Source: Felis catus (lineage: Eukaryota). From it: 64,000 bases of DNA. The position numbers and the translations under genes are program-made. Below the pieces are notes generated by a model. That model ran no database searches and had not been told where the DNA came from. It saw only the letters and a program-made list of their open reading frames with translations. The DNA lies in the NCBI RefSeq assembly GCF_018350175.1, contig NC_058368.1, positions 10,168,001 through 10,232,000 of the forward strand, given 5' to 3'. Positions 36,808 to 48,920 of this stretch are shown one piece after another (positions within the stretch are counted from its first letter, which is position 1; every line of letters begins with the position of its first letter).

Positions 36808-37695
36808 GTACTTCAATTTTATGAAATGATGTGTCTCTCAATAGCTTGGGTGTCGGTCTGAGTTTTATGGTAAAGTCCACCACCTTGGAAGCTTGGAGGC
36901 TGGACGTAGTGATCTCAGAGGATGATTCTATTGGGGAAATAGCCAATTTCACCCTTTGGTATCTTCCTCAAGTCTTGTGACATGGTGCAAGGACACCGGA
37001 GCTTAACTTGGCTTTACTCACTGCGCACAGTTTATTCATTCATTCTAAGCCAGAAGTTTAGATATTTTCATTTATAAAAGCCAAATCGTTGAGATGGTAG
37101 CTCAGAGGCTGGGGGTGAGGGGAGGCAACCTCTGGTGGTCTGTTTATGGAACTAAGGACAGATGACTAAAAGACAGCTGGTTTCCCTCACACCCAGTGTA
37201 CCAAAGGCCCTCTAGCCATAGCTTCAGAAAATGTCTCCCAAGACTTCCTCTTGGTTCAGCCTGGGTTGAGATGGAACTGGGGCCAGAGGATGTGGCAGAA
37301 AGCAGGACAGGACTACTACTGAACAGGACATCCGACAGGAAAGAAAGTCTCTGTAATATGATGTAGCAAAACATTTCCAGTCTCCCTTTCCCCATTTCCG
37401 TCTAGGTCCTGACAGGTCTTCAACTGTCCTCTCCTCTCCTCCTCCTACCTCACTACTTCTTCTGTCCTTCCAACCCCATCCAGCCAATCTTCCGCCAGAA
37501 CTGGGAACTAAGAGGTCAGTTGAATTGGAATAGAGGCTAGAAAAATGAGGGTTGGGCTATCCTAAGTGTTATTCGGAGGCTTAGCTGTCTCATTGGCTTC
37601 TCATAAAGGGAGAAATTATGGGTTTCCAGAAGTTGCATTTTATGGGCATTACCATTAGTATTATATGTTTTTAACTTTTTTTCTGTTTTGATGAG

Positions 37696-37749
37696 ATCGA
37701 ACATCTAATGACTCTAGAAGGGCTACAGAACATAAAAGCACTCTCTCAG
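37696..37749 (+). CDS. WDR95: Exon IEHLMTLEGLQNIKALSQ
   Basis: Long T tract with weak GAG acceptor; strong donor CAG|GTAAGA; 54 nt, phase 0. Confidence 0.65.
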
Positions 37750-38072
37750 GTAAGACTTGACCAGGTAAGCTTTCTAGATATTCATTGGGTAACTTGATTC
37801 TCTCTTCCATGGTTAATTTTTTGGTGAAAAGTACAATCTTTTAAAATTCCTATAAAATAACAATGAAAAAGAAATTCTCCTTGGTTGTCATTTCTTAATG
37901 GAATTAGAAACAAATAGCGAATGCATGAGAGAAATGAACAAGGGGGGATAGAATGTTAGAAGTTGACAAGGTTTAGGTAAGTCTAATTAGACATTCGATC
38001 CTTTGGGTTCTTGCTCCTAGACTAAACAAAAATGCAACTATGTTCATCACTAATTGTTCTTTTTCTTCTAAG

Positions 38073-38156
38073 AAGTATGGAAAGAGAGGAAGACAGCTGC
38101 TGGACATGGAAACATTCAAATGCATAATGAAGCAGAGTATGAGGTCACAGAGTAAA
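38073..38156 (+). CDS. WDR95: Exon KYGKRGRQLLDMETFKCIMKQSMRSQSK
   Basis: Acceptor ttctttttcttctaag| (NAGNAG), donor AAA|GTAAAT; 84 nt, phase 0/0; EF-hand-like LD.E.FK.I. Confidence 0.78.
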
Positions 38157-38321
38157 GTAAATGGATTTTATAAATGTTGGGTCATTGAAGTCACAGTTAA
38201 AACTTCACCTGTATGAACTAATTAGGCTTGATGTTCCATCTGTAAGATCACTCTCAACTCTAAACTGTGATTTTTGCTAGTATCTACCTGATTCACAGAA
38301 CAGTTTATTTGGCAAAATATT

Positions 38322-38543
38322 AAAAAAAATTTTTTTCTGTCACGTTTATTCATTTTTGAGAGACAGAGAGAGACAGAACATGAGCGGGGAAGGGGCAGAG
38401 GGAGGGAGACAGAATCTGAAGCAGGCTCCATAGGCTCTGAGCTGTCAGCACAGAGCCCGACGTGGGCCTTGAACTCACGAACTGCAAGATCACGACCTGA
38501 GCCGAAGTCGGATGCTCAACTGATTGAGCCACCCAGGCGCCCC
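38322..38543 (-). mobile_element. Can-SINE
   Basis: Full-length reverse copy. Confidence 0.95.
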
Positions 38544-38651
38544 GGGGAAAATATTTTTAAATTATTTAAAAAATACTAGACCAACAAGGTATTTAGAGAT
38601 TTTTATTGAAAAGAAGGGAAAAGGCTCTTGTTGGATCACTAATCATGTCTG

Positions 38652-39101
38652 TAGATGGTCCCCGACAGATGATAGTTTGACTTTAAGATGTATGTGAAAG
38701 TCATATACAGTCAGTAGAAGCCATATTTTGAATTTTTATTTTTTCTCCAGAGTTAGAGATGTGGTCTGATCCTCTCTTGCAATGCTGGGCACAGCCACAG
38801 TGCCTAGTCAACCACGCGTTCATGAGGGTCAAGCTGATAATACGATGACAACCATTCTGTACCCAGACAACCCTCAGTATAGTATTCAATGCTTTATTAT
38901 AAAAGAGACTTTGTGTTAGATAATTTTGCCCAACTGGAGGCTAATGTAAGTGCTCTGATCACGTTTAAGGTAGGCTAGGCTAAGCTACGATGTTTGATAG
39001 GTTAGGTATATTAAATGCATTTTCCACTTAAAATATTTTCAATTTACAGTAGGATTATCAGGACCTACCCTGATAATCCTAAGTGGTGGAAGATCTATCT
39101 G
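38652..39101 (-). mobile_element. TcMar-Tigger non-autonomous element (MER47/Tigger5-like)
   Basis: 'aaggtaggctaggctaagctacgatgtttgataggttaggtatattaaatgcatttt' hallmark; ends resemble CAGATG.TCC TIRs. Confidence 0.8.
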
Positions 39102-39217
39102 TTGTTTCCAAAGAGTGTGGACATCAATTCTACCCCCAATCTGCTGGAACTAAAAGGTTTAAACATTCCCTCTGCAATCTTGGTTAGCTCAGTTGTTAGC
39201 TCAGAATATGAAATCTT

Positions 39218-39439
39218 GCGGCGCCTGGGTGGCTCAGTCGGTTGAGCGTCTGACTTCCGCTCAGGTCATGATGTCGCGGTTCATGGGTTCCAGCCCCAAG
39301 TCGGGCTCTGTGCTAACAGCTTGGAGCCTGGAGCCTGCTTCGGATTCTGTGTCTCCCTCAATCTCTCCCCTTCCCTGCCCCTGCTCACACTCTCTCCTCT
39401 CCATCGCTCTCTCTCTCAAAAAGAAAAAAAAAGAAAAAA
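39218..39439 (+). mobile_element. Can-SINE
   Basis: TSD agaatatgaaatctt at 39203-39217 and 39440-39454. Confidence 0.97.
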
Positions 39440-39479
39440 AGAATATGAAATCTTAATGAATGGCCATTCAGTCTCCTTT

Positions 39480-39803
39480 AGCGAATTACCACGACCTGGG
39501 TGGCTTATAAATAACCAACATTTATTCTCCACAGTTCTAGAGGTTGGAAGTCTGAGATCCGTGTCAGGTGAGGGTTGTCTTCCAGGTTGTAGACTTCTCC
39601 TTATGTCCTCATGTGGCAGAAGGGACTTGGGAGCTGTGTGGGGTCTCTTTCATAAAAGCACGAATATCATTCATAAAGGCTCCCTCCTCATGAGGGAAGC
39701 ACCTCCCAAAGGCCCCACCTCCTAATACCATCACATCAGGCTTTAGGATTTCAGCATATGAATTTGCAGGTGGGGTCAGGACACAAACATTCAGTCCATA
39801 GCA
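39480..39803 (-). mobile_element. MaLR solo LTR (MLT1A-like)
   Basis: 'gggtggcttataaataacc...acacaaacattcagtccatagca'. Confidence 0.85.
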
Positions 39804-40408
39804 ATAGATAATTATATTTATATAATTATTATGTATATATAATCATATTATGATAGAAGGGGCTCTTTAAGCTCTAGTGACTGAGGTTTCCTGATTACAT
39901 CATAAATCATATATAAAAGCAAATTCAAGGTAAAGCTCTTTGATCTTGTCCCTGGAATTTGAGCAAAAACATGCCCCTTCTAAGTATAAGCCCACAGTTT
40001 TAATGGCTACAGTAGAAGTTTAGGTGTGTCTAAAATTTCTCCTACAATGAGAAATGATCATTAAATGGAACCTATTTTTAAACAATCTCTCCTCTATTTG
40101 TGCAATACTATACGAAGAACTTCTGTTTGGAGGAGAGAGTGTTTTAAATGGATAAATTATTGGCTGATTTACCAACATTCCAGATCTTTTTAACCAAAGC
40201 AGTCTAATTACTTATATTCTAAGAATGTCTGGTCGCCTAGTCAGCCATTCCCTCCCTTATCCTCTCATTCATTCATTCACTATATATTTAGTGGGCCAGT
40301 ATTTACTTAGTGAATATTTACTGAGGCTTTGTTTTTAGTCCCTGTGGCACACAGTCAGTCAAGATATAGTCTCCGCCTGCAGAGAGATCAGAGCCACTCT
40401 AAAATTCA

Positions 40409-40635
40409 GGGGTGCTTGGTGGCTCAGTCTGTTAAGCGTCTGACTTCGGCTTGGGTCATGATCTCACAGTTTGTGGGCTTGAGCCCCGTGTCAGGCTCTG
40501 TGCTGACAGCTCAGAGCCTGGAGCCTGCTTCGGATTCTGTGTCTCCCTCTCTCTCTCTCTGCCCCACCCACTCCTGTTCGCACTCTGTCTCTCTCTCTCT
40601 CAAAAATAAATAGACACTAAAAATTTTTTTTTTTT
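40409..40635 (+). mobile_element. Can-SINE
   Basis: Full length. Confidence 0.95.
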
Positions 40636-41725
40636 AATTCAACATGGGGGCCGTGGGGGCATATCATCCAGACCAGGCAGTTGGGCCTGGAGGAGACAAA
40701 CCTTGGGCTAAGTTTTGAGGGATGAAGGGAATTGCTTCATAAAGGAGGGACAGACAGGCAAGGTCTTCCAGAAGAGGGAACAGCATTTCCAGAAGCACAT
40801 AGGCAAGAGCCAGCATGCTGCTGTTATACCTCTAGGGGAATCTGGGCAACAAAATGTAGGACAAGGACCAGATTATTTGGGGCCATTTGTACTAAGGTTA
40901 ATTTTATCCAGTCTATCACCGAGGAGCCATGAAACTGTGTCTTTCTTATTTAATCAAACAATGAATTGATTTTTGACCGTGTGACCATACCGTCTTAGAA
41001 TCTTTACATATTTCATTTCATTAGTCTCTGAACAGGAGAATAGCTTTGTCGGAAAGCATTCCTATTCTTATTTTGTAGCTGAAAAGACAGAGGGTTGGAG
41101 AATCTGAGTAAGTTACCTGAAGCCCCTCAGCTACTCAGGAAAGCCTTCGGGATTCAAACTCTGGTCTGAAACTAATGCCCAATATATCGGTTAAGATTAG
41201 GTTCACCTACAGGGTGACAGAAAATGCTAAGCCACCAAGACGGAAGCAAGATAAAAATTCTTTTCTCTCTCACGTAAAAAGCCAGGTAGTCAAGGGGCTT
41301 CATGAAGTCATCAGGGCGAGCCTGTCCTGCTTTGCTGCTCTCTCTCCCACCTTCCCCACGTGGGCTCCTCTTCATGGCTCACGATGGCTGCTCAGACTCC
41401 AGCGGACATGCTGTCATTCCAGGCGGCAGGCAGAGAGAAGGCGCAAAAAAGGATGCACTCCTTTCCTTTAAGGACAGTTCCCAGAAGCTGCCTGTGACGT
41501 TTTTAACTTTTCCACCAGAAATGAATCACGTGTCGTATATAGCGGCAAAGGAGGCAGGTAAAAGTCATCTTTTTTCCGAGGAAGCATGTATCCTGTTAAA
41601 AGCTGTGCATTCTCTTAGTAAGGAAGGATGGCTAACACCCCCACGTCCTCTCCACTGTTCTAGGGTTTCATAGTCTAGTCCCTGCTAAAAACCAGGAAGT
41701 ATCTCCTTCGCTCTTTCTTTTTAAA

Positions 41726-41940
41726 ATTTTTTTTTCAACGTTTATTTATTTTTTGGGACAGAGAGAGACAGAGCATGAATGGGGGAGGGGCAGAGAGAGA
41801 GGGAGACACAGAATCTGAAACAGGCTCGAAGCTCTGAGCTGTCAGCACAGAGCCCGACGCGGGGCTCGAACTCACGGACCGTGAGATCATGACCTGAGCC
41901 GAAGTCGGATGCTCAACCGGCTGAGCCACCCAGGCGCCCC
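41726..41940 (-). mobile_element. Can-SINE (SINEC_Fc-like)
   Basis: Full-length reverse copy. Confidence 0.96.
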
Positions 41941-43109
41941 ATGATTTTTTCTTTTAATATCCTCAGAATCTAGTAACATGTGCATGACACGTGCAGGTGA
42001 CAAATAAATGTTGTTGAATGAATGGATGACATGAAGACAGTGTGGCCACCGTGGACTTGAAGGGGTCTGTCCTAGCTTTCCTAGAAATTAAGAGGCGCTT
42101 CTTTTAACCCGACAGCGGTCTATGGTTACCTGGAGCAGAGAACTAATCATTTTGCATCACCTCATTTGCTTGTTTGTGACCCCGCTAAACAGCGAATGCT
42201 GTGAGGGCCAGGTAACATACCTTTCAGCTCTTGAGGCCTCAGCCTCTGGCAGCGCCCTTGGTATACCACTGGTGCTCAACCTGTGTGTCTTCTATGCGTG
42301 AGTCAACGTGTGGAGGAAGCAGGCAAGTGTCTGTCAGAATCCCGCATCATCACACCGAGAAGGCAGAGCCTTGGGCAAAATCCATATGCATAGACATATC
42401 CCCACCCCAGCTCTGGACTGGAAGAGAGACCATCTGATGGCCCACGTCCTGCCTGAGGGCCAGCTCCTGCGAGGGCTTGCGATGATGCGTGACCCTTGCC
42501 GGATACACCTTGTCCGGAGCTCCAAGATGCCCCGGTGTACCCACAGCTCTCCTCCACTCTGCCTTGTGGTGACAAGGTGGTCGAGGCGGGCAGCCTGAGC
42601 CCAGGCAGCGATTTCTCCCATCCTGAACTTTTCTCTTTCCAGTTCCATCTCTGGCCCTAGGCTCTTCTTGAGTCCATCCCTCTGGGTGTTTTGGTTTGTT
42701 TGGGCATCCAATTCAAAAACACTTGTTCCATATTATGTGCATGGTATTGTCTAGTTGCCATGGTGAAGTCTGCACTGGCAGCCGCATCCGGGAGGACAAT
42801 ACGTCTCCATTGGAGCATGACTTAGAAGGAACTGGGGCCGCGCTGAGTTCCACAGCCAGGGTCTTTGCTCACAACCTCTACACTGGCACGGAGTGTTGAT
42901 CCACCAAGGGGCAATGCCTTGGTGTCTTGAACACCCAGGCATTATCTTATTTTTACCCTTTTACTGCCATTACTACACAAAGGCAAACACACCCGGGACT
43001 TGTAAGAGAAAAGGCAGCATCTCACTCCCCCAGATAGACGTATAACCTTTCCATTTCTGTTGAAGCTACCTTCTGCATACATTCCTGAAATTACAGAAGC
43101 TTGGGGTTT

Positions 43110-43330
43110 GAAACGACTTTAGAGGTTACCGAGTATATAACCCCTTCCATGCTCAAATTTTCTTCTCTGAGAAGCCATGAGTCAGCATATGCCTGAATAC
43201 CTTCAGCTAAAGAAAACACGGTGCTTTACAAGGCAGCCCATTTCAAGGTTAGAGAGCTGTGACCTTAGGAACTTTTTCCCCTTTATGAACTGAAATTGGT
43301 CTTTCTTGACATTTTACCCATTAGCTCAGT
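43110..43330 (-). mobile_element. CR1/L3 remnant
   Basis: 'gcctgaataccttcag...acaaggcagcccatttcaaggttagagagctgtgaccttaggaacttttt' resembles the CR1/L3 3' region. Confidence 0.55.
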
Positions 43331-43334
43331 TCTT

Positions 43335-43383
43335 TTGAGCCACCATAACAAATTAGTACAAACCTAGAAGTTTAAAACAATAT

Positions 43384-43418
<35 letters not shown>

Positions 43419-44045
43419 TTTTAAGAGGGGGTGGGGAGGAGAAAGGGCAGAGAGAAAGGGAGAGAGAGAATCCCAAGCAGGCTCTGTGCTGTGGGCTCAG
43501 TCTCACGAACCGTGAGATCACGCCCTGAGCCAAAGTCGAGAGTCGGACATTTGACTGATGGAGCCACCCAGGTGCCCCCAACAATCCATATTTATTATCT
43601 CACATTTTTTGTGAGTTAGGAATCTAGTCATGGCTTAGCTGGGTTCTCTGCGGTAGGGCGTCTCATGAGCGTCTCATGAGGCTGCAATCAAGGTGGTAGC
43701 TCTGATCAGCGTCTCATCTGAAAGCTTGACTGGGGAAGGATCCACTTCCAAGGACACATGGTTGTTGCCAGGCTTCATTTCCTTGCTGGCTGTTGCCCAG
43801 AGGCTGCCCTCAGTTCCTTGCCATGTGGGCTTCTCATTAGGGCAGCTGACAACAGAGCAGCTGGCCTCATCAAAGCTAGCCAGGAAGAGAGCCTGTGAGC
43901 AAGGCCCAAGTTAGGTTCTCATGTCATCTAATCATAGAAATGACATTACCCTCTACATTAAGGTATTCTATTGGCTACAAGCCAGCTGCTCAAGGGGAGG
44001 GGATCACATAGGCCATGAATACCAAGATAGAAGTTCTAGGAGCCC
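43335..44045 (-). mobile_element. MaLR LTR (MLT1-type) split by a SINE
   Basis: 'atttattatctcaca...ggcttagctgggttctctgc...ggctgcaatcaaggtg'. Confidence 0.75.
43381..43579 (-). mobile_element. Can-SINE with (TAAA)n tail
   Basis: Reverse copy with internal deletion. Confidence 0.92.
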
Positions 44046-44279
44046 CAGTATCTCATGGGGAAAGAGTTTTAGGGTCAGCGCACTGAACTCCAACTAACCA
44101 CCCTATTCATGTTTTGGAGCAGGCATTCCAGAGATCTTTGAGTATGGTGCATTTTAATATGAAATTTATAAATTGGAAAAATTAAGATTTCCTCTCCTTC
44201 ATCCTCTCCCCCAACAACCTAGTAAAGAGTTTACTCCTGTGCCATCTATAAACGGGTTTTTTTTTTCCTTCCTTTCCAG

Positions 44280-44345
44280 AGGATTGAACAAATAGAACAG
44301 CTTTTCATGAAAATAGACTATGAATCAGTGGGCAGAACTGAATGG
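44280..44345 (+). CDS. WDR95: Exon RIEQIEQLFMKIDYESVGRTEW (EF-hand-like loop)
   Basis: Strong acceptor ttttttttccttcctttccag|, donor TGG|GTAAGT; 66 nt, phase 0/0. Confidence 0.88.
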
Positions 44346-45573
44346 GTAAGTTGGGTTATGCTTTATAGTCAAATTGAAGATTAGTAAGGAAAACACAAAA
44401 ACTGTTGGTGCCGAGTATGATATGTCCCTCAGTGCCTTCATCTACTTGAAACTGATCTGAGAGGATATACTTGTTCACAATTTTCAAATTTCATAAGGTC
44501 AGGTTAAACTCGGAATAGTTTAACTGGGGATTTCAGTAGCTAAAGCAAGTTTCAAGAAGAGTGTCCTAAAACCGGAGAATAAAGGATACATTTGTCACCT
44601 TACCCCAAAGCAAAAGTGAAACATCTGAGCAAGAAATTCTGTGACGTAATTGGATCAGTTAATACATGTCAAGTGTTTAGAACAGGGACAGTCACAAAGT
44701 AAATTGTCAACAAATATCATCATCATCATTATTATTAATGTTACCTAATTTTGATTGTATAAGAATAAGGAGCTGAGACACCTGCTTTAAACATTCTCTG
44801 CCTTTGTGTCTGTCAGTGCCCTTCTATTGTTCCAGGATGAATTAAGTTCTAAAATGACTTCTCTATTCAGACCTGGGGCCAATTCTCCAACCAAATCAAT
44901 ACAAGTGTTTACATTGCCATCTGATTTGAATAGGAAATCAGGATTCCAGAGAAGAGAAAGCTCTAGAGCAGTGGGGCTTTGGGGGCAGTGGAGAGAAAAG
45001 AGATGTTCCCAGGCCCTACAGGTCCCCCCACCCTGTGCCTATGACCACAGTTCTTTCCCCTAGGTATACCGCTGAAATTCTAAATGAGGCATATATCCTG
45101 GTGGGTGGGAACTGGGCAGTGGGATCAGTAAGGACTCGAGTCTCTGGCCAGCCACTTACTAGTTGTTTGATCTTGGGCAAGCTATGTAGCTTTTCAAAGC
45201 TTGGGTTTCCAAATGTGTAAATGGGAAGAACAGTGGTACCTATCTCATACAGTTATCATGAGAATTGTGAGGAAGATCCAGTTTGCGTGGAACATTGCAT
45301 ACTTTCAATCACCACCATCACCATCTTCTTTAGAGAGACGGAGAAAGAGACTGGAGGTGGGGAAGGGAGCCCAAGCTGGGTGACAGGCCTCCAGCCCCAG
45401 CTGAATGGGCACACCCAATTATTACTCTTGAGTTTTTGGCATACAAATGAACCAGTTTCTACAAATAATTAGGTCGTGTCCAAGAAAGGAATTATCCATA
45501 CCCTGATGGTAGAGAGAACTTTTGAAAGGAAGAAGCGTAGTAGATGTTTAATGAACCTCCTTTTACCCTCCAG

Positions 45574-45699
45574 GATGGCTTCTGCACATATCTGCAGCTC
45601 GAGTATTCAGAGCAAGCGGATGCTTTGGCCCGACAGAAAGAGGTTTCCTTCCATCTGCCTGCTGTGCTGCTGAAGTTGAAAAGAAGAAAGAGAGTTTCT
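45574..45699 (+). CDS. WDR95: Exon DGFCTYLQLEYSEQ...LKLKRRKRVS
   Basis: Acceptor ccttttaccctccag|, donor TCT|GTATGT; 126 nt, phase 0/0; continues the W|D.FCTY motif. Confidence 0.82.
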
Positions 45700-46439
45700 G
45701 TATGTGATTTTCATTTGATAAGGATGCTGAGTGCTCCAGTTTGATTTTATTTGCTATTTTAAACTGCTCTTCAAGTGGCATGATTGCAGAAATTGTGTCC
45801 TTGAATGTAATATATTCACGTTGTCTTTTGCTAGTCTATAGAATGCAAATAAAATATGATCTCTATATGTAGTACAAGATAATGCTTCATTTTGCTTCTA
45901 AAATCAGATGGAGTAATGAATTACACATGATTCCATCATGGAATTTGTCGTATGTCTTAATGAATGACAAATGGAAAAGAATTTTCCTTCTTTTTTTTTT
46001 TTTCCCTGTTAAATGATTATTTCAGTTTAGGTAGCTAGCTATCCTAGGGTTTGTCTTCAGAGAACTTATTGAATCACAGAATCAGAAATTCAGAAGGCAA
46101 AAAGCATCTGGGAAGTAGACTTAGGATAGGAATAAAAATGCCTGACCTATTTCAGAATATATGCTCTCTTTAAAGTCTTTATTATTATTGTTATCTCATT
46201 CAACAAATAGTTGAGTCTCCGACATAGCCTAGGCTCTCTGCTGGGTGCTGGGGGTATAGAAACTCACCTTTGCCCTCTGGAAACTTATCATCTACACTAG
46301 AAGTTCCTTGCAATCTTAAACCCGTTAGGCTGTGAAATAAGCCCGCCCTAGAGAGAGGGAATAAAGGTGGCTCTTTGAATCTATGTAGTAAGTTCTTTCT
46401 ACTTGAAGGAGAACATCAAATTTTTAAAAACTATCATTT

Positions 46440-46648
46440 TTTTAAAAGTTTTATTTATTTTTGAGACAGAGAGAGACAGAGCATGAGCAGGGGAGGGGCA
46501 GAAAGAGAGGGAGACACAGAATCCAAAGCAGGCTCCAGGCACCGAGCTGTCAGCACAGAGCCCGACGCGGGGCTCGAACTCATGGACTGTGAGATCATGA
46601 CCTGAGCTGAAGTCGGACGTTTAACCAACTGAGCCACCCAGGTGCCCC
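46440..46648 (-). mobile_element. Can-SINE
   Basis: Reverse copy; degenerate TSD taaaaaact..atttt. Confidence 0.96.
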
Positions 46649-46744
46649 TAAAAAACTTTAATTTTAAGCACACCTACAGTCTTATGAAATTGTCCTATTT
46701 AAAAAGGCGTATTTTTGTTTAATTCCCACTCTTCCGCACATTAG

Positions 46745-46827
46745 GACAAGTCCATCAGCCGGAAGCCCAGGTGAGTGACAGATGTCATCAGCATGCCACA
46801 GTACAACAAACTGATCATAGCGACTGG
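46745..46827 (+). pseudogene. WDR95: Exon DKSISRKPR*VTDVISMPQYNKLIIATG with in-frame stop
   Basis: Acceptor ...cttccgcacattag|, donor TGG|GTGAGT; 83 nt, phase 0/2; TGA at 46772-46774 where the WD40 motif predicts W(VTD). Confidence 0.82.
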
Positions 46828-47835
46828 GTGAGTGTCTGCAGCTCTTCAGTTGGAAGGAAACAGTCGTGGTATGACATCCATTTCCATGTGTGTTTACACA
46901 GCCACGTACACATTTGTGGTATTTGAAAGTCCTGAAGCCCTTTTTAAAAAATGCTGGCACTCATAATATCAATCAAAGCTACTTTGCAAAGTTATGGCCT
47001 TGGTTGGCCCATTGCAATGATGTCATTGCCTCAAACACGGGCAAGAGGCCCTCTTTTGGAATACTTCCAGAGTGAAAGTATGGGCCAGATGGGGACGACA
47101 TCAGTCTTGTGACCTTTTAGCACATCTTATTTCAGATTCAACATAATATTCCTATTTTATTATCCACCAAAATTCAGTCCAAAGTGCTCTGGACAGATTC
47201 AAAAAAGTCAAATCCCCAGTAAAAAATGATGCTCGTTGCTGAAGAGCCTCAGAAAAATGGGTCTGGGGCTGGGAAGGAAGATCCCGAAGGTTTTGCTCAT
47301 GGCAATGAAAGGAAAATGAATGGGCACCACCCTGGGCTGCTTGGTTAACCTCAGTCATGGCCTGGGCGAAGGGGGTGTGGCCTGGTGGGAAGGAAATTGG
47401 GAGAACTCCAAATCAACGGGGAAGCAAAAGCAAGTTCAACAGGAGGGTTAGGGGTACAGGGTCGGGGATGGGAAATGTGATCCGGGGCGGACAGACCGTG
47501 GCCTCTGGCTCTGGGGGCAAGACTAAGGGAAGGGGTGGAGCTTGAAAGGAATTCCCACAGCCCCGCCTACTGGGACTCCCCCTGACTCCCCGCAAGCTGG
47601 GGGTTCTCTCTTCTCCACCTGATCTCCTCCAGAGGCCCCTGGTTTCCTAGGCTTCAACCATTTTAATGAACAAACAGTTAATCCAACCTCAGATCATCGA
47701 GGCTACTAAATACAATTAAATGTAATAATTAAAATATATTTGTTAATATATTAAAATGTATTCATATAATTAATATTAACTGCTAAAAAACAATAAACCT
47801 GGGTGTATACTTTCATCCGTCCCAGTTTGATTTTA

Positions 47836-48064
47836 TTTTATTTTTATTTTATTTTTTTTTTCAACGTTTACTTATTTTTGGGACAGAGAGAGACAGAGCA
47901 TGAACGGGGGAGGGGCAGAGAGAGAGGGAGACACAGAATCGGAAACAGGCTCCAGGCTCTGAGCCATCAGCCCAGAGCCCGACGCGGGGCTCAAACTCAC
48001 GGACCGTGAGATCGTGACCTGGCTGGAGTCAGACGCTTAACCGACTGCGCCACCCAGGCGCCCC
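47836..48064 (-). mobile_element. Young Can-SINE (SINEC_Fc)
   Basis: TSD gtcccagtttgatttta at 47819-47835 and 48066-48082. Confidence 0.97.
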
Positions 48065-48920
48065 TGTCCCAGTTTGATTTTAAAAGCCATGCTTGATAAT
48101 GTAATTATCATGTGTTTTGCACACGTAGCAGTTCAGAGGTTGCAGTCACCTACTAGAGATTCTGAGCTGACAATTCAGAAGATGAGGCAAGGCTTATGAC
48201 AGCAGGAAGCCACTTGAGCTGCAGGGCAGGTGAAAAGGAGGTGGAAAAAAGGACATTTCACGCTGAGGGAAAGACAAGGCTTTGGAATTTAGAGAGTGAC
48301 CCCTGTTTGTTCCATGCCAACAGGTCAAAGCAGTAAGTTGTTTTTCTAACACCCACAGTCAGCTCCAAAGTAGACAGGCTAACAGAGGAAGGAAGGGGTC
48401 AAGGGTGCAGGCTGGAAAGGTGGGAAATTAGGGGAGCACCGAGTTAACCCCTTAGTCTACAGAAAGAGGCTTGGCCCTCCACTTTGCAGATCTTTATAAT
48501 ATGCAGTAAATAACAGCCCACATTTTGAGCCCTTAGGAAATCCCAAGTCCTGGACTAATCACTTTCACACACGTCTTCCCATTTAACTCTCCGGAAAGAC
48601 AGGAACTGGTAGGATCCACATTTTTACAGGTAAGGGGCCGAGTGGTGAGCTGGGATGTAATGCCCCAACTACTGGCCTGTGCCAGGCTCCTGATGGTCAA
48701 GGACAGGCCAGGCCGGTTTCGAAGCAGGCAGAAGACATGCCCCCAAACGGTAGGATAGCAGAGGGAGGCCTCAGGTTCAGCTAGAGGGGTTGCTTGGTGT
48801 GACAGGTGTTTTACTGATCAGGGGTCTCTGTTTTGTGGAATCCATGGAATATAAAATATGTTTTACAAAAGTGAAGTGAGGAGTGTAAGTTTACTCCAGC
48901 TGTGCTTGATCTTTGAACAG

